Shown here one piece after another: positions 8,526-17,764 of a DNA stretch of 40,255 nucleotides. Numbering within the stretch: the first letter of the stretch is position 1; every line of letters begins with the position of its first letter. A program made the position numbers and the translations under genes. The notes beneath the pieces are model-generated. The model searched no databases, was not told the DNA's origin, and saw nothing but the letters and a program-made list of their open reading frames with translations. Origin of the DNA: Rhodoluna sp. (GTDB taxonomy: Bacteria > Actinomycetota > Actinomycetes > Actinomycetales > Microbacteriaceae); the NCBI GenBank assembly GCA_044232765.1, contig JBIILH010000001.1, forward strand, positions 1 to 40,255. The letters are read 5' to 3'.

Positions 8526-9847
8526 GAGTTGGTTCCCAACAAGTCATTCCAAAGTGAAACAAACTCAGGCATGGTCTTGCTAACCACACTGATGTCTTCA
8601 ATAGTTAGGCCAGGAACTCTTAGACCAATGATTGCTCCAGCAGTTGCCATGCGGTGATCTTCATAAGTCTTCCAAGTGCCTGAATGTAATTCAGTACTTG
8701 GTTCTATAGCGATACCGTCTTCAAGTTCTGTTGCAACACCACCGATGTTGTTTATCTCATTAGTCAAAGCAGCAAGACGATCTGTCTCATGCCCTCTTAG
8801 GTGAGCAATACCTGTAATTCTGGAAGGACCATCAGCGAGAACAGCTAGAGCAATAATTACCGGAGCGAGTTCACCACCAATAGATAGATCAATATCTATT
8901 CCCTTGATGCTTCCTGTTCCGGTGATGACAAGGTCATCACCGTCTCTTTCAAAGCTTGATCCCATTTGAGTAAGAATCTCAACAAAGTGTTTACCGACCT
9001 GAGTAGTTGTTGGTGGCCAGTTCTTTACTCTTACTGATCCACCAAGCACTAAAGCTGCAGCCAAGAATGGTCCAGCATTAGATAGGTCAGGCTCAATGTT
9101 TACATCCCCACCACTAATCGGTCCTGGTTCAACCACCCATAGGGTTTCTTCAGGCTGGGAGACTTTGACGCCTCTTTGTCTTAGGCACTCTAAAGTCATC
9201 TCAATATGAGGAAGGCTAGGCAGATCTTTGCCAACGTGTCGGAGAGAAAGTCCTTGCCTGAATCTCGGAGCAGCCAAGAGAAGCCCAGAAACGAACTGGC
9301 TTGAGGCACTGGCATCGATCTCAAGGTAGCCACCTTCGATAACTCCTGAACTAGTAATAGTAAAAGGAAGAGATCCGGTGCCCTTATCCTCAACTGAAAC
9401 ACCTAAAGCCCTTAGGGAATCGATGGTGGTCTTCATAGGTCTTCTGCGGGCAGCTTCATCACCATCAAAGGTGATTTCTCCAGCAAATAGGGCTGCCATA
9501 GGAGGCACAAAACGCATAACTGTGCCGGCTAAACCGCAGTCAATTCGGGCTTTAAGGGGTTCTCGACCCTCAATGTCAGTGGTAGGTGCGACTATTACAG
9601 AGTCACTCCTTTCGCTGACGGTGATTTGAGTCCCTAGCTGTATCAGGGACTCAATCATCAGCGAGGAATCCCTTGAATCTAGGGGGTTAATCAGGCGGCT
9701 GGGTGATGAGGCAAGGGCAGACAGCACTAATTCACGGTTGGTTAGGGATTTTGAGCCTGGCAAAGAGACGGATCCAGAGATGGCATGTTGAATTGTTGGG
9801 GCAAGCCAAGAACTTTTAGCCGAGCGGGAATAAATGTTGTCCGTCAT
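8522..9847 (-). CDS. aroA: 3-phosphoshikimate 1-carboxyvinyltransferase (EPSP synthase)
   Basis: LPGSKSLTNR, GLAGTVMRF, SSQFVS, RGHETDR, DHRMA. Confidence 0.97.
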   Translation of the reverse strand: MTDNIYSRSAKSSWLAPTIQHAISGSVSLPGSKSLTNRELVLSALASSPSRLINPLDSRDSSLMIESLIQLGTQITVSERSDSVIVAPTTDIEGREPLKARIDCGLAGTVMRFVPPMAALFAGEITFDGDEAARRRPMKTTIDSLRALGVSVEDKGTGSLPFTITSSGVIEGGYLEIDASASSQFVSGLLLAAPRFRQGLSLRHVGKDLPSLPHIEMTLECLRQRGVKVSQPEETLWVVEPGPISGGDVNIEPDLSNAGPFLAAALVLGGSVRVKNWPPTTTQVGKHFVEILTQMGSSFERDGDDLVITGTGSIKGIDIDLSIGGELAPVIIALAVLADGPSRITGIAHLRGHETDRLAALTNEINNIGGVATELEDGIAIEPSTELHSGTWKTYEDHRMATAGAIIGLRVPGLTIEDISVVSKTMPEFVSLWNDLLGTNS

Positions 9848-9852
9848 GTGTT
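9827..9852 (+). promoter_or_regulatory. SigR/SigH-type promoter GGAAT-N18-GTT (putative autoregulatory), overlapping the aroA start
   Basis: Exact consensus match and spacing, upstream of the sigma gene. Confidence 0.7.
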
Positions 9853-9926
9853 CTCTATTCTAACGGCATGATTTATTGGTGCCTTAGGACCAAAGCAGTT
9901 CAAAGACGAACAAACTAACCCGGAGG

Positions 9927-10661
9927 ATGATACTTATTTACATTTCAGAGAATGCAACTCAGCCAGCTCCTCGCCGCCACGTTTACCGTGCAACCGCCAG
10001 AATCAGTACCAATCACCAATCAGAACTACTAAACTCACAACCAATGAGTAACCAAATGGGAACCCCCGCAGATCCGACCCCGAGTCGTGTTCCTTTCGCC
10101 ATAGCCGCAGCCCCTTACTTTGAGGGTATTCGCCGCTACTGCATTTCAAGAGCAGGAACCTTCCAGCGTGGAGAAGACATTGCCCAAGACGCCTTGATGA
10201 AGGCGTTCAAGTCATGGGATTCCTTTGTCGATATCGGCTATGGACCTGGCCCTTGGCTATACAAGATTGCCAAGCGTGAACTTGTGTCAGCTGGTATCAA
10301 GCAGACCGAGCTGGATAAGAAACACCAGTTCGCCTACGAAGATGAAGAAGGAAACGTCGACTACGGATTCGACGAGTACGACTTCAACAACGCAGCCGAC
10401 TCACCAGAAATGCTGATCATTGAGAAGTTCGGTATGGCTGATATTGAAGCAGCTATCAATGCTCTCGATGAAGAGTTCAGAGAAGTTGCTTTCCAAAAGT
10501 TTGTTGTTGGACTAGGCAACAAAGAAATCGCAGAGCTGCTAGATCTAAAGCAGAACACTGTTGGTTCAAAAGTTTCCCGCGCCCGTGAAAAGCTAAGTGA
10601 AGTCTTGAAAGAGATGGCTGCTGGCTTTGGGATCGGTTTAGATGAAGATAAGAAAAAGTAA
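9927..10661 (+). CDS. sigH: ECF sigma factor, positional orthologue of SigR/SigH (divergent); alternative start at ATG 10044
   Basis: Sigma region 2 (EDIAQD..WLYKIA) and region 4 HTH (KEIAELL..NTVGSKVSRAR); divergent from aroA and followed by a ZAS anti-sigma. Confidence 0.8.
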   Translation: MILIYISENATQPAPRRHVYRATARISTNHQSELLNSQPMSNQMGTPADPTPSRVPFAIAAAPYFEGIRRYCISRAGTFQRGEDIAQDALMKAFKSWDSFVDIGYGPGPWLYKIAKRELVSAGIKQTELDKKHQFAYEDEEGNVDYGFDEYDFNNAADSPEMLIIEKFGMADIEAAINALDEEFREVAFQKFVVGLGNKEIAELLDLKQNTVGSKVSRAREKLSEVLKEMAAGFGIGLDEDKKK

Positions 10662-10672
10662 AGGGTAATCCA

Positions 10673-10903
10673 ATGTCAGAAAATAACTGCGAACTCACTC
10701 TAGGAAGAGTTTTTGATTTCCTAGCAAATGAACTAAATGAAACGCAGCGATCCGAGGTGCTAGATCACCTGGGTGGTTGTCAAACTTGCAAGAAAGAGTA
10801 TGCAATCGAAAGCAAGATATCCAAGCTAATAAGTAGCTCATCGATGAATGCTCAAGCTAGTTTTGCATCCAAGATGCAAAATAGGTTCCAATCAGAGAAT
10901 TAA
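10673..10903 (+). CDS. rsrA: Zinc-binding anti-sigma factor (RsrA/RshA-like)
   Basis: C6-x25-H32-x3-C36-x2-C39 ZAS motif; directly downstream of the sigma gene. Confidence 0.85.
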   Translation: MSENNCELTLGRVFDFLANELNETQRSEVLDHLGGCQTCKKEYAIESKISKLISSSSMNAQASFASKMQNRFQSEN

Positions 10904-10935
10904 AGAAATCCCCGCTCTAATGGCGGGGATTTTTC
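10904..10935. terminator. Bidirectional intrinsic terminator
   Basis: AAATCCCCGC-N7-GCGGGGATTT with A/T tails between convergent genes. Confidence 0.9.
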
Positions 10936-11547
10936 TTATATCTCTTGCTCTGGAAGATCTAACCAGCTGTACCAACCTTGGTTTAGCACAAGCCATGCAA
11001 TAAGGCCGTGACCTAGTTGACCTGGTAATCCGAATTGAGAGTTCTTGATCTCTTCGTTGAATCCTGGGTGATCTACCAGAGGTCTGTATGCATCTACGAA
11101 AGGCAAGCTTCTTCTTGAAGCAACATCTTCAAATCCTGCTGATAGATGTTCAATGTCATAGTTCAGCTGAGGGTTACGGCTAGGAATAGGGGAGATGACA
11201 AAGCTTTGAACACCCTTGCTAGTTGCTGTGTCGAGGATGTTAGCGAGGTTCAGTCTTGATCTAGACATTGTGATTCCAGCGTTGATGTCGTTTGAGTTCA
11301 GAGCAACAATCAACCTGTTATCGGTATCAGGAGCAAAACGCTTAGAAGCTTCTTCTAGCCACTGTTCACTTAGCTGAGCTGTTGTTACCTCAGGGGTAGC
11401 AAGAACATAGAAGTCAATTCTTGGATAGTCACTCTGAGTTTTAGCAATAACGCGGCCAACCCAGCCCAAACCCTTAGGGTCGCCACCTGCACCAACGATG
11501 TCGTCACCAATGATGACAACTCGAATGTTACGACGTGGCTCTTCCAT
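10936..11547 (-). CDS. SGNH/GDSL-type esterase-like protein
   Basis: IGDDIVGAGGDPKGLGWVGR block I, NDI block III, PGQLGHGLIA; typical neighbour of actinobacterial kgd. The canonical Ser (GDS) and DxxH are not conserved. Confidence 0.75.
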   Translation of the reverse strand: MEEPRRNIRVVIIGDDIVGAGGDPKGLGWVGRVIAKTQSDYPRIDFYVLATPEVTTAQLSEQWLEEASKRFAPDTDNRLIVALNSNDINAGITMSRSRLNLANILDTATSKGVQSFVISPIPSRNPQLNYDIEHLSAGFEDVASRRSLPFVDAYRPLVDHPGFNEEIKNSQFGLPGQLGHGLIAWLVLNQGWYSWLDLPEQEI

Positions 11548-11549
11548 CT

Positions 11550-14500
11550 TTAGCTAAACGCTCTCTCAACTAGGTCTGCTTGTTCAACAGCGTGACGCTT
11601 AGCTGAACCAGTTGCGGGAGAAGCACTAGCAGGTCTTGAAACTAGCTGTGCTACCTGTCCACCCATGTACTTAGGAAGGAATAGACCAATGTATGTCCAA
11701 GGACCCTGGTTAGCTGGTTCATCCTGAACCCAGAACAACTCTGCACCTGGGTACTGAGCATAGACAGCCTTGATCTCATCAACTGGGGTTGGGTAAAGCT
11801 GTTCAACACGAACGATTGCGGTGTGCTGGTCATTACGCTTTTCAGCTTCTGCCAATAGATCCCAGTAGATCTTGCCTGAACAGAATAGAACTCTCTTCAC
11901 GCTTGACTTGTTTAGTCCACGCTCATCATCAATGACAGGCTGGAATGAACCAGTAGTAAAGTCTTCAACCTTTGATGATGCTGCCTTTAGGCGAAGCATT
12001 GATTTAGGTGTGAAGACGACTAGTGGTCTTCTTGGTCTTGCATATGCCTGACGACGAAGTAGGTGGAAGTGGTTAGCAGGTGTTGAAGGTTGAGCAACAG
12101 TCATGTTGTTCTCAGCACAAAGCTGCAGGTATCTTTCGATACGAGCAGAAGAGTGGTCTGGCCCCTGGCCTTCATAACCGTGAGGTAGAAGTAGAACTAG
12201 TGAAGAGTTCTGACCCCACTTCTGTTCTGCTGAAGAGATGAACTCATCAAGGATGGTCTGAGCACCGTTAGCGAAGTCACCGAACTGTGCTTCCCATAGA
12301 ACCAAAGCATCTTTACGCTCTACTGAGTATCCGTATTCGAATCCCATTGCAGCGTATTCGCTCAATAGTGAATCGTAGATGTAGAACTTAGATTGTTCTT
12401 CTGAAAGGTTTCTAAGTGGAATCCACTCTTGGCCGTTATCACGATCGTGGAAAACAGCGTGACGTTGAACGAATGTTCCACGTCTGGTGTCTTGACCAGA
12501 CATACGAACGTTTACACCTTCAACTAGTAGTGAACCAAGTGCAAGAAGTTCTCCGAAGCCCCAGTCAATGCCACCTTCTCTAGACATTTCAACACGCTTA
12601 GCTAGAAGCTGCTGAAGTTTAGGATGAACACTGAATGCAGGCGGAATGTTGCTGTGTGCAGCACCAATTAGTTCAACTACGTCCTTAGCGATCTTGGTTT
12701 CGTGGTTGATCTCTGGGTTATCGCTAGCGGTAGTTCCAATACCCTGAGGTCTTGAAACAAGTTCGATTGGCTGAGCCATGGCTTCGTGAACATCAATGAA
12801 AGCCTTTTCTAGCTTGGCTTGAAGATCAGCATTTGATTGCTCGAACTCTTCACGAGTGATATCTCCTCGACCAACTAGAGACTCTAGATACAGAGTTCTA
12901 ACCGAACGCTTAGCTTCAATCAAGTTATACATGAGTGGCTGAGTCATTGAAGGGTCATCACCTTCGTTGTGTCCACGACGACGGTAACAAACTAGGTCAA
13001 TGACCGCATCTTTACCAAAGGTCTGACGGTAATCAAAAGCTAGCTGAGCAACTCTGAATACTGCCTCTGGGTCATCTCCGTTTACGTGGAAGATGGGAAC
13101 TTGGATTCCCTTAGCAATGTCTGTCGCATAAACAGTTGAACGAGACATGTTAGGTGGGGTAGTAAAACCAACCTGGTTGTTAATCACGATGTGAACAGTT
13201 CCACCAGTTCTGTAGCCTCTAAGGCTCATCATGTTTAGAGTCTCTGGAACAACACCCTGTCCAGCAAATGCAGCATCACCGTGAATCAGGATAGGTAGTA
13301 CTGGGTTCTCTTCAGGAGACTTATTGATTCGGTCAAGCTTTGCTCGAACAATACCTTCTAGTACTGGGTTCACAGCTTCTAGGTGAGAAGGGTTAGCAGC
13401 AAGGTAAACCTTGGTGGTGTTACCTGTAGCACTAGTGAATACACCTGAAGTTCCTAGGTGATACTTCACATCTCCTGAACCTTGAACAGTCTTCACATCA
13501 GTGTTGCCTTCGAACTCCCTGAAGACTTGACCATAGGTCTTACCAGCGATGTTGGTAAGAACGTTTAGACGACCTCTGTGTGCCATACCAATAGCAACTT
13601 CATCAAGCTGGTGATCTGCTGCTGCCTGCAAGATTGCATCAAGAGCAGCAATAGTAGATTCGCCACCTTCAAGGCTGAAGCGCTTCTGTCCTACGAACTT
13701 GGTTTGTAGGAAGGTTTCGAATGCTTCTGCTTCGTTTAGCTTTTCAAGGATACGAAGTTGAGCTTCACGAGAAGGCTTTACGTAAGGAACTTCTAGGTGA
13801 TCCTGCATCCATTTACGCTCTGCTGGGTTGTGGATATGCATGTATTCAATACCGACTGTGCGGCAGTATGAATCACGAAGAATCTTTAGAACTTCTCTAA
13901 CCATCATCTTTGACTTACCGCCAAAGCCACCGGTCTTATAGGTTCTATCTAGATCCCAGAGGCTTAGGCCATGAGTTAGCACATCTAGGTCAGGGTGGGA
14001 TCGCTGTTGGTATTCCAGCGGATCGATATCTGCCATGAGGTGACCGCGAACACGGTAAGAGTTGATAAGTTCTTGAACTCTAGTTTCCTTGCTTCTGCCA
14101 TCAGCTTCTGTAGTTTCAAAGTCTGTTGCCCAACGAATTGGTTCGTAAGGAATACGAAGGTCAGCAAAGATTTCATCGTAGAAACCACGTTCACCAAGAA
14201 GTAGTTCATTGATCTTTCTTAGGAACTCACCAGAACCAGCACCTTGAATGACTCTGTGGTCATAGGTAGAGGTAAGAGTAATTACTTTGCTAACACCAAT
14301 CTTGGCTAAGTGCTCTTCACTCATACCTTGGAATTCAGCAGGGTAGTCCAACGCTCCTGCACCAACGATGCAACCCTGACCCTTAGTAAGTCTTGGCACT
14401 GAGTGAACAGTTCCGATTCCACCTGGGTTAGTTAGAGAAACAGTTGTGCCAGAGAAGTCTTCAGCAGTTAGCTTGTTATCTCTTGCTCGCTTAACTAGAT

Positions 14501-15239
14501 CTTCATAAGCGTTTAGGTAGGTAGCAAAGTTAAGTCTCTGAGCCTTCTTGATGTTTGGAACTAGAAGTGCCCTAGTGCCATCAGGCTTTGGAATATCGAT
14601 AGCAAGCCCAAAGTTGATATTCGCAGGAGAAACAGCCGCTGGCTTGCCATCAATTTCTTCGTAGTAAACGTTTTGGCTAGGGAATTCTTTTAGAGCTCTA
14701 ACAATTGCGTAGCCAATGATGTGGGTGAAAGAAACCTTGCCACCACGAGTTCTACCAAGGTGAGAGTTAATAACAATGCGGTTATCAATTAGCAGCTTGG
14801 CTGGAATTGCTCTAACGCTTGTGGCAGTAGGAATAGATAGAGAAGCGTCCATGTTGGCTGCAAGAGTCTTAGACATTCCCTTAAGGATGTTGATCTGATC
14901 TTCTGCTTCTTCATGAACTTCAGCAGAGTCAACTGTTGGAGCTTGAGCAGGGATAGGTTGAGCCTGAGGTTCAACACGTGTGGTCTTCGCTACCAGTGGA
15001 AGTGATCCAGTTGAGGTAGAAACAGCCTGAGGACTAATAGGTGTAACCGTGGTAGAAGTGATTGGAGTTACCGGAGCAGCTGGTTGGTTACCCTGCTTGA
15101 GCTGGTGGTAACGCTCAAGGATTGGCTGCCATTCTTTGTCGATAGATTCTGGGTTTAGGAGCCATTGGCTATACATTTCATCGACTAACCACTCGTTAGC
15201 GCCGAATTCTTGTCCAGATTGTGAGTTGTCGTCGGACAA
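11550..15239 (-). CDS. kgd: Multifunctional 2-oxoglutarate decarboxylase/dehydrogenase (E2-E1 fusion)
   Basis: FGANEWLVDEMY N-terminus, TYDHRVIQGA acyltransferase motif, GQKRFSLEGGE, HGDAAF ThDP motif, WEAQFGDF; likely TTG start at 15239 after AGAGG. Confidence 0.96.
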   Translation of the reverse strand: MSDDNSQSGQEFGANEWLVDEMYSQWLLNPESIDKEWQPILERYHQLKQGNQPAAPVTPITSTTVTPISPQAVSTSTGSLPLVAKTTRVEPQAQPIPAQAPTVDSAEVHEEAEDQINILKGMSKTLAANMDASLSIPTATSVRAIPAKLLIDNRIVINSHLGRTRGGKVSFTHIIGYAIVRALKEFPSQNVYYEEIDGKPAAVSPANINFGLAIDIPKPDGTRALLVPNIKKAQRLNFATYLNAYEDLVKRARDNKLTAEDFSGTTVSLTNPGGIGTVHSVPRLTKGQGCIVGAGALDYPAEFQGMSEEHLAKIGVSKVITLTSTYDHRVIQGAGSGEFLRKINELLLGERGFYDEIFADLRIPYEPIRWATDFETTEADGRSKETRVQELINSYRVRGHLMADIDPLEYQQRSHPDLDVLTHGLSLWDLDRTYKTGGFGGKSKMMVREVLKILRDSYCRTVGIEYMHIHNPAERKWMQDHLEVPYVKPSREAQLRILEKLNEAEAFETFLQTKFVGQKRFSLEGGESTIAALDAILQAAADHQLDEVAIGMAHRGRLNVLTNIAGKTYGQVFREFEGNTDVKTVQGSGDVKYHLGTSGVFTSATGNTTKVYLAANPSHLEAVNPVLEGIVRAKLDRINKSPEENPVLPILIHGDAAFAGQGVVPETLNMMSLRGYRTGGTVHIVINNQVGFTTPPNMSRSTVYATDIAKGIQVPIFHVNGDDPEAVFRVAQLAFDYRQTFGKDAVIDLVCYRRRGHNEGDDPSMTQPLMYNLIEAKRSVRTLYLESLVGRGDITREEFEQSNADLQAKLEKAFIDVHEAMAQPIELVSRPQGIGTTASDNPEINHETKIAKDVVELIGAAHSNIPPAFSVHPKLQQLLAKRVEMSREGGIDWGFGELLALGSLLVEGVNVRMSGQDTRRGTFVQRHAVFHDRDNGQEWIPLRNLSEEQSKFYIYDSLLSEYAAMGFEYGYSVERKDALVLWEAQFGDFANGAQTILDEFISSAEQKWGQNSSLVLLLPHGYEGQGPDHSSARIERYLQLCAENNMTVAQPSTPANHFHLLRRQAYARPRRPLVVFTPKSMLRLKAASSKVEDFTTGSFQPVIDDERGLNKSSVKRVLFCSGKIYWDLLAEAEKRNDQHTAIVRVEQLYPTPVDEIKAVYAQYPGAELFWVQDEPANQGPWTYIGLFLPKYMGGQVAQLVSRPASASPATGSAKRHAVEQADLVERAFS

Positions 15240-15405
15240 CGGTTCACCTCTTACTTTCACGGAAACAATGCCTTCCAAGCCTACCAAGCCTAAAAGGGTT
15301 GAATTTCAGGGTTATCCCCACTAGTTCCAATAAATACAGGGTCTTGTATGCTTTAACTGCTATGGATTATGACCCCTACCCTTCTTATAAAGAAGTATTC
15401 GCCCG

Positions 15406-16731
15406 ATGACCGAGTGGTATTTACTGGCATTAGGTGTGGTTCTCACGATTGGCACAGGACTATTCGTTGCCAGTGAGTTTTCTCTTATCAACCTTGAACG
15501 TACTGAACTAGAACGTCGTCGAGACCAAGGGGAGCGAGGGCTGACTCCAAGCATTAGAGCTTTGAAGCGTTCCAGCACCCATTTATCTAGTGCTCAAATC
15601 GGTATCACCGTGACCACGATGCTAACCGGTTTCCTAGCCGAGCCTTCACTTGCTAAGTTGATCGAGCCAGGGCTTGGATTCTTAGGTTTGGATGAGTCGA
15701 CCTTGCATGGCATCGCGCTTGCACTATCACTAGTCCTGGCAACTGTCTTCTCATTCCTTATTGGTGAACTAATTCCAAAGAACTTAGCTATCGCACTTCC
15801 ACTAAAGGTAAATAAAGCTGTAATCAGATTCCAGTTAGCATTTACTTTTGTCTTTGGCTGGTTGGTCTGGTTGTTGAATAACACTGGAAACGCAATTGTT
15901 AGATCTTTAGGTATTGAACCTAAAGAGGAACTGAGCTCTTCTAGAACTGCAGAGGAACTCAGTTCCCTAGTTCAGAGATCAGCAAGTCTTGGTGCCTTGC
16001 AGCAGAGAACAGCAGACCTAATCTCTAAGACTCTTGAGCTATCTCAACTAACTGCTGCTGAAGTCATGACTCCTAGAACCAAGCTGACCTCGCTTGATGC
16101 TTCTGCAACGGTTCAGGATGTTATTTCTCTTTCACACAGCACAGGCTTCTCAAGATTCCCAGTGTTCACTGGTTCAACCGATGACGTTGATGGCATCGTC
16201 CACGTCAAGGCAGCTGCATCTGTGCCTAGGGAAAAGCGTTCAACGGTTCCAGCTACCGCTTTGATGGTTGAACCATTTAGAGTTCCTGAGACAATGTCTC
16301 TAGAAAAGCTGATGGGTGTGTTGAGGTCCCATGGACTACAGCTAGCCATTGTTGTTGATGAGTATGGTGGCACAGCAGGAATCGTTACCCTCGAAGACCT
16401 TATTGAAGAACTAGTTGGTGAACTTGGTGATGAGCACGATAGAGCCAAGGTTGAAATCACCGGTGGTAAAGATCAGTCCTACTCTTTCCCTGGCATGTAT
16501 AGACCAGATGAGCTTCTAGAGAAACTTGCAGTCAAGGTTCCTGAAGATGGTTCATATGAAACAGTTGCGGGATACCTAATGTCTGAGTTAGGTCGAGTAG
16601 CTGCTGTTGGCGATGAAGTCCAGATAGATGGCGGAACGCTTCGAGTTGAACGCATGGACGGTAGAAGAGTAGACCGTATTCGATTTATTCCTGAAACCAA
16701 GGTTCCTGAGGCAGGTGATAAAGATGAATGA
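15406..16731 (+). CDS. CNNM (DUF21)-CBS-CorC 'hemolysin family' membrane protein
   Basis: FVASEFS, AQIGIT, GELIPKN, FSRFPV, VVDEYGGTAGIVTLEDLIEE, C-terminal CorC domain. Confidence 0.92.
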   Translation: MTEWYLLALGVVLTIGTGLFVASEFSLINLERTELERRRDQGERGLTPSIRALKRSSTHLSSAQIGITVTTMLTGFLAEPSLAKLIEPGLGFLGLDESTLHGIALALSLVLATVFSFLIGELIPKNLAIALPLKVNKAVIRFQLAFTFVFGWLVWLLNNTGNAIVRSLGIEPKEELSSSRTAEELSSLVQRSASLGALQQRTADLISKTLELSQLTAAEVMTPRTKLTSLDASATVQDVISLSHSTGFSRFPVFTGSTDDVDGIVHVKAAASVPREKRSTVPATALMVEPFRVPETMSLEKLMGVLRSHGLQLAIVVDEYGGTAGIVTLEDLIEELVGELGDEHDRAKVEITGGKDQSYSFPGMYRPDELLEKLAVKVPEDGSYETVAGYLMSELGRVAAVGDEVQIDGGTLRVERMDGRRVDRIRFIPETKVPEAGDKDE

Positions 16732-17764
16732 TCCAATCGTTGCTCTCTTTTCATTCATAGGCCTGCTTACTGCTAGTGCTTTCTTCGTTGCAGCTGAGTT
16801 CGCTATCTTCTCTGCTAGAAGAGCACAGATAGAACCGAGAGCAGAAGCAGGATCTAAGCCAGCTCAGCTAACCATCAAGGGCATGGAAAACGTGAGCATG
16901 ATTGTTGCTACCTGTCAGCTAGGTATCACTATCTCTGCTTTGTTGATTCTCATTGTTGTTGAGCCAAGTGCTCAACAACTGCTGAAGGCTCCGCTATACG
17001 CATTAGGTCTTGGTGAAGAAGCTACTTATGCAACATCATTTGTTATAGCCCTTGCTGTAGTTACCTTTTTGCACGTGCTCCTTGGTGAGATGGTTCCTAA
17101 GAACATTGCTTTCTCTATTCCTGAGCGAGCTGCCCTAGTTCTAGTTCCTATTGCTTATGGTCTATCTCTTGTGTTGAAGCCAGTAGTGGTTGTTCTAAAC
17201 GGTATGGCTAATGGTGTGCTTCGACTATTTGGAGTGAAGGCAGTTAATGAAACCAACAGTGCATACACACTAGATCAGGTAGAAAACATTGTTGAGCACT
17301 CAACTCGTGAGGGAGTGCTGATTGATGCTACCGGAGCTATTGGAAATACTTTTGAGTTCACCGATAAGAAGGTGCAAGACATTCTTGTTCCAATCGAGAA
17401 CCTTATTACTTTCAATCTAGATGTAACTCCTAGAGAGATTGAACAAGCTGTTGCTAAACATGGCTTTAGCCGCTACCTCATTCTTAATGACTCAGGAGAG
17501 ATAGAAGGTTACCTTCACCTCAAAGATGTTATTGATAGTGATGAAGAAGAAGCGGATGAACCAGTTCAACGCAAGCTCCTTAGAACTGTGAAGTCTATTG
17601 GTGGCACTGTTGAACTAGAAGATGCTCTTGCTCTGATGAAGAGAGATAGACAGCATCTAATGGCTAACTTCAATGATGATGGTAAGGCTGTTGGTCTGCT
17701 ATTCCTAGAAGACATTCTTGAAGAACTTGTTGGTGAAGTTCAAGACGCCACTAGACGAGACTAA
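16724..17764 (+). CDS. Second CNNM-CBS protein (no CorC domain)
   Basis: FVAAEFA, CQLGIT, GEMVPKN, LEDILEELVGE; overlaps the preceding paralogue. Confidence 0.9.
   Translation: MNDPIVALFSFIGLLTASAFFVAAEFAIFSARRAQIEPRAEAGSKPAQLTIKGMENVSMIVATCQLGITISALLILIVVEPSAQQLLKAPLYALGLGEEATYATSFVIALAVVTFLHVLLGEMVPKNIAFSIPERAALVLVPIAYGLSLVLKPVVVVLNGMANGVLRLFGVKAVNETNSAYTLDQVENIVEHSTREGVLIDATGAIGNTFEFTDKKVQDILVPIENLITFNLDVTPREIEQAVAKHGFSRYLILNDSGEIEGYLHLKDVIDSDEEEADEPVQRKLLRTVKSIGGTVELEDALALMKRDRQHLMANFNDDGKAVGLLFLEDILEELVGEVQDATRRD

Noticed and set aside
10861-10881. Perfect 9-bp inverted repeat TTTTGCATC-CAA-GATGCAAAA inside rsrA
   Set aside because: AT-rich, within coding sequence, single occurrence, and a clear terminator lies just downstream.
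15406-17764. Tandem 'hemolysin' genes as a toxin locus
   Set aside because: They are CNNM/CorC-type metal transport proteins, and this pair is a common actinobacterial arrangement.
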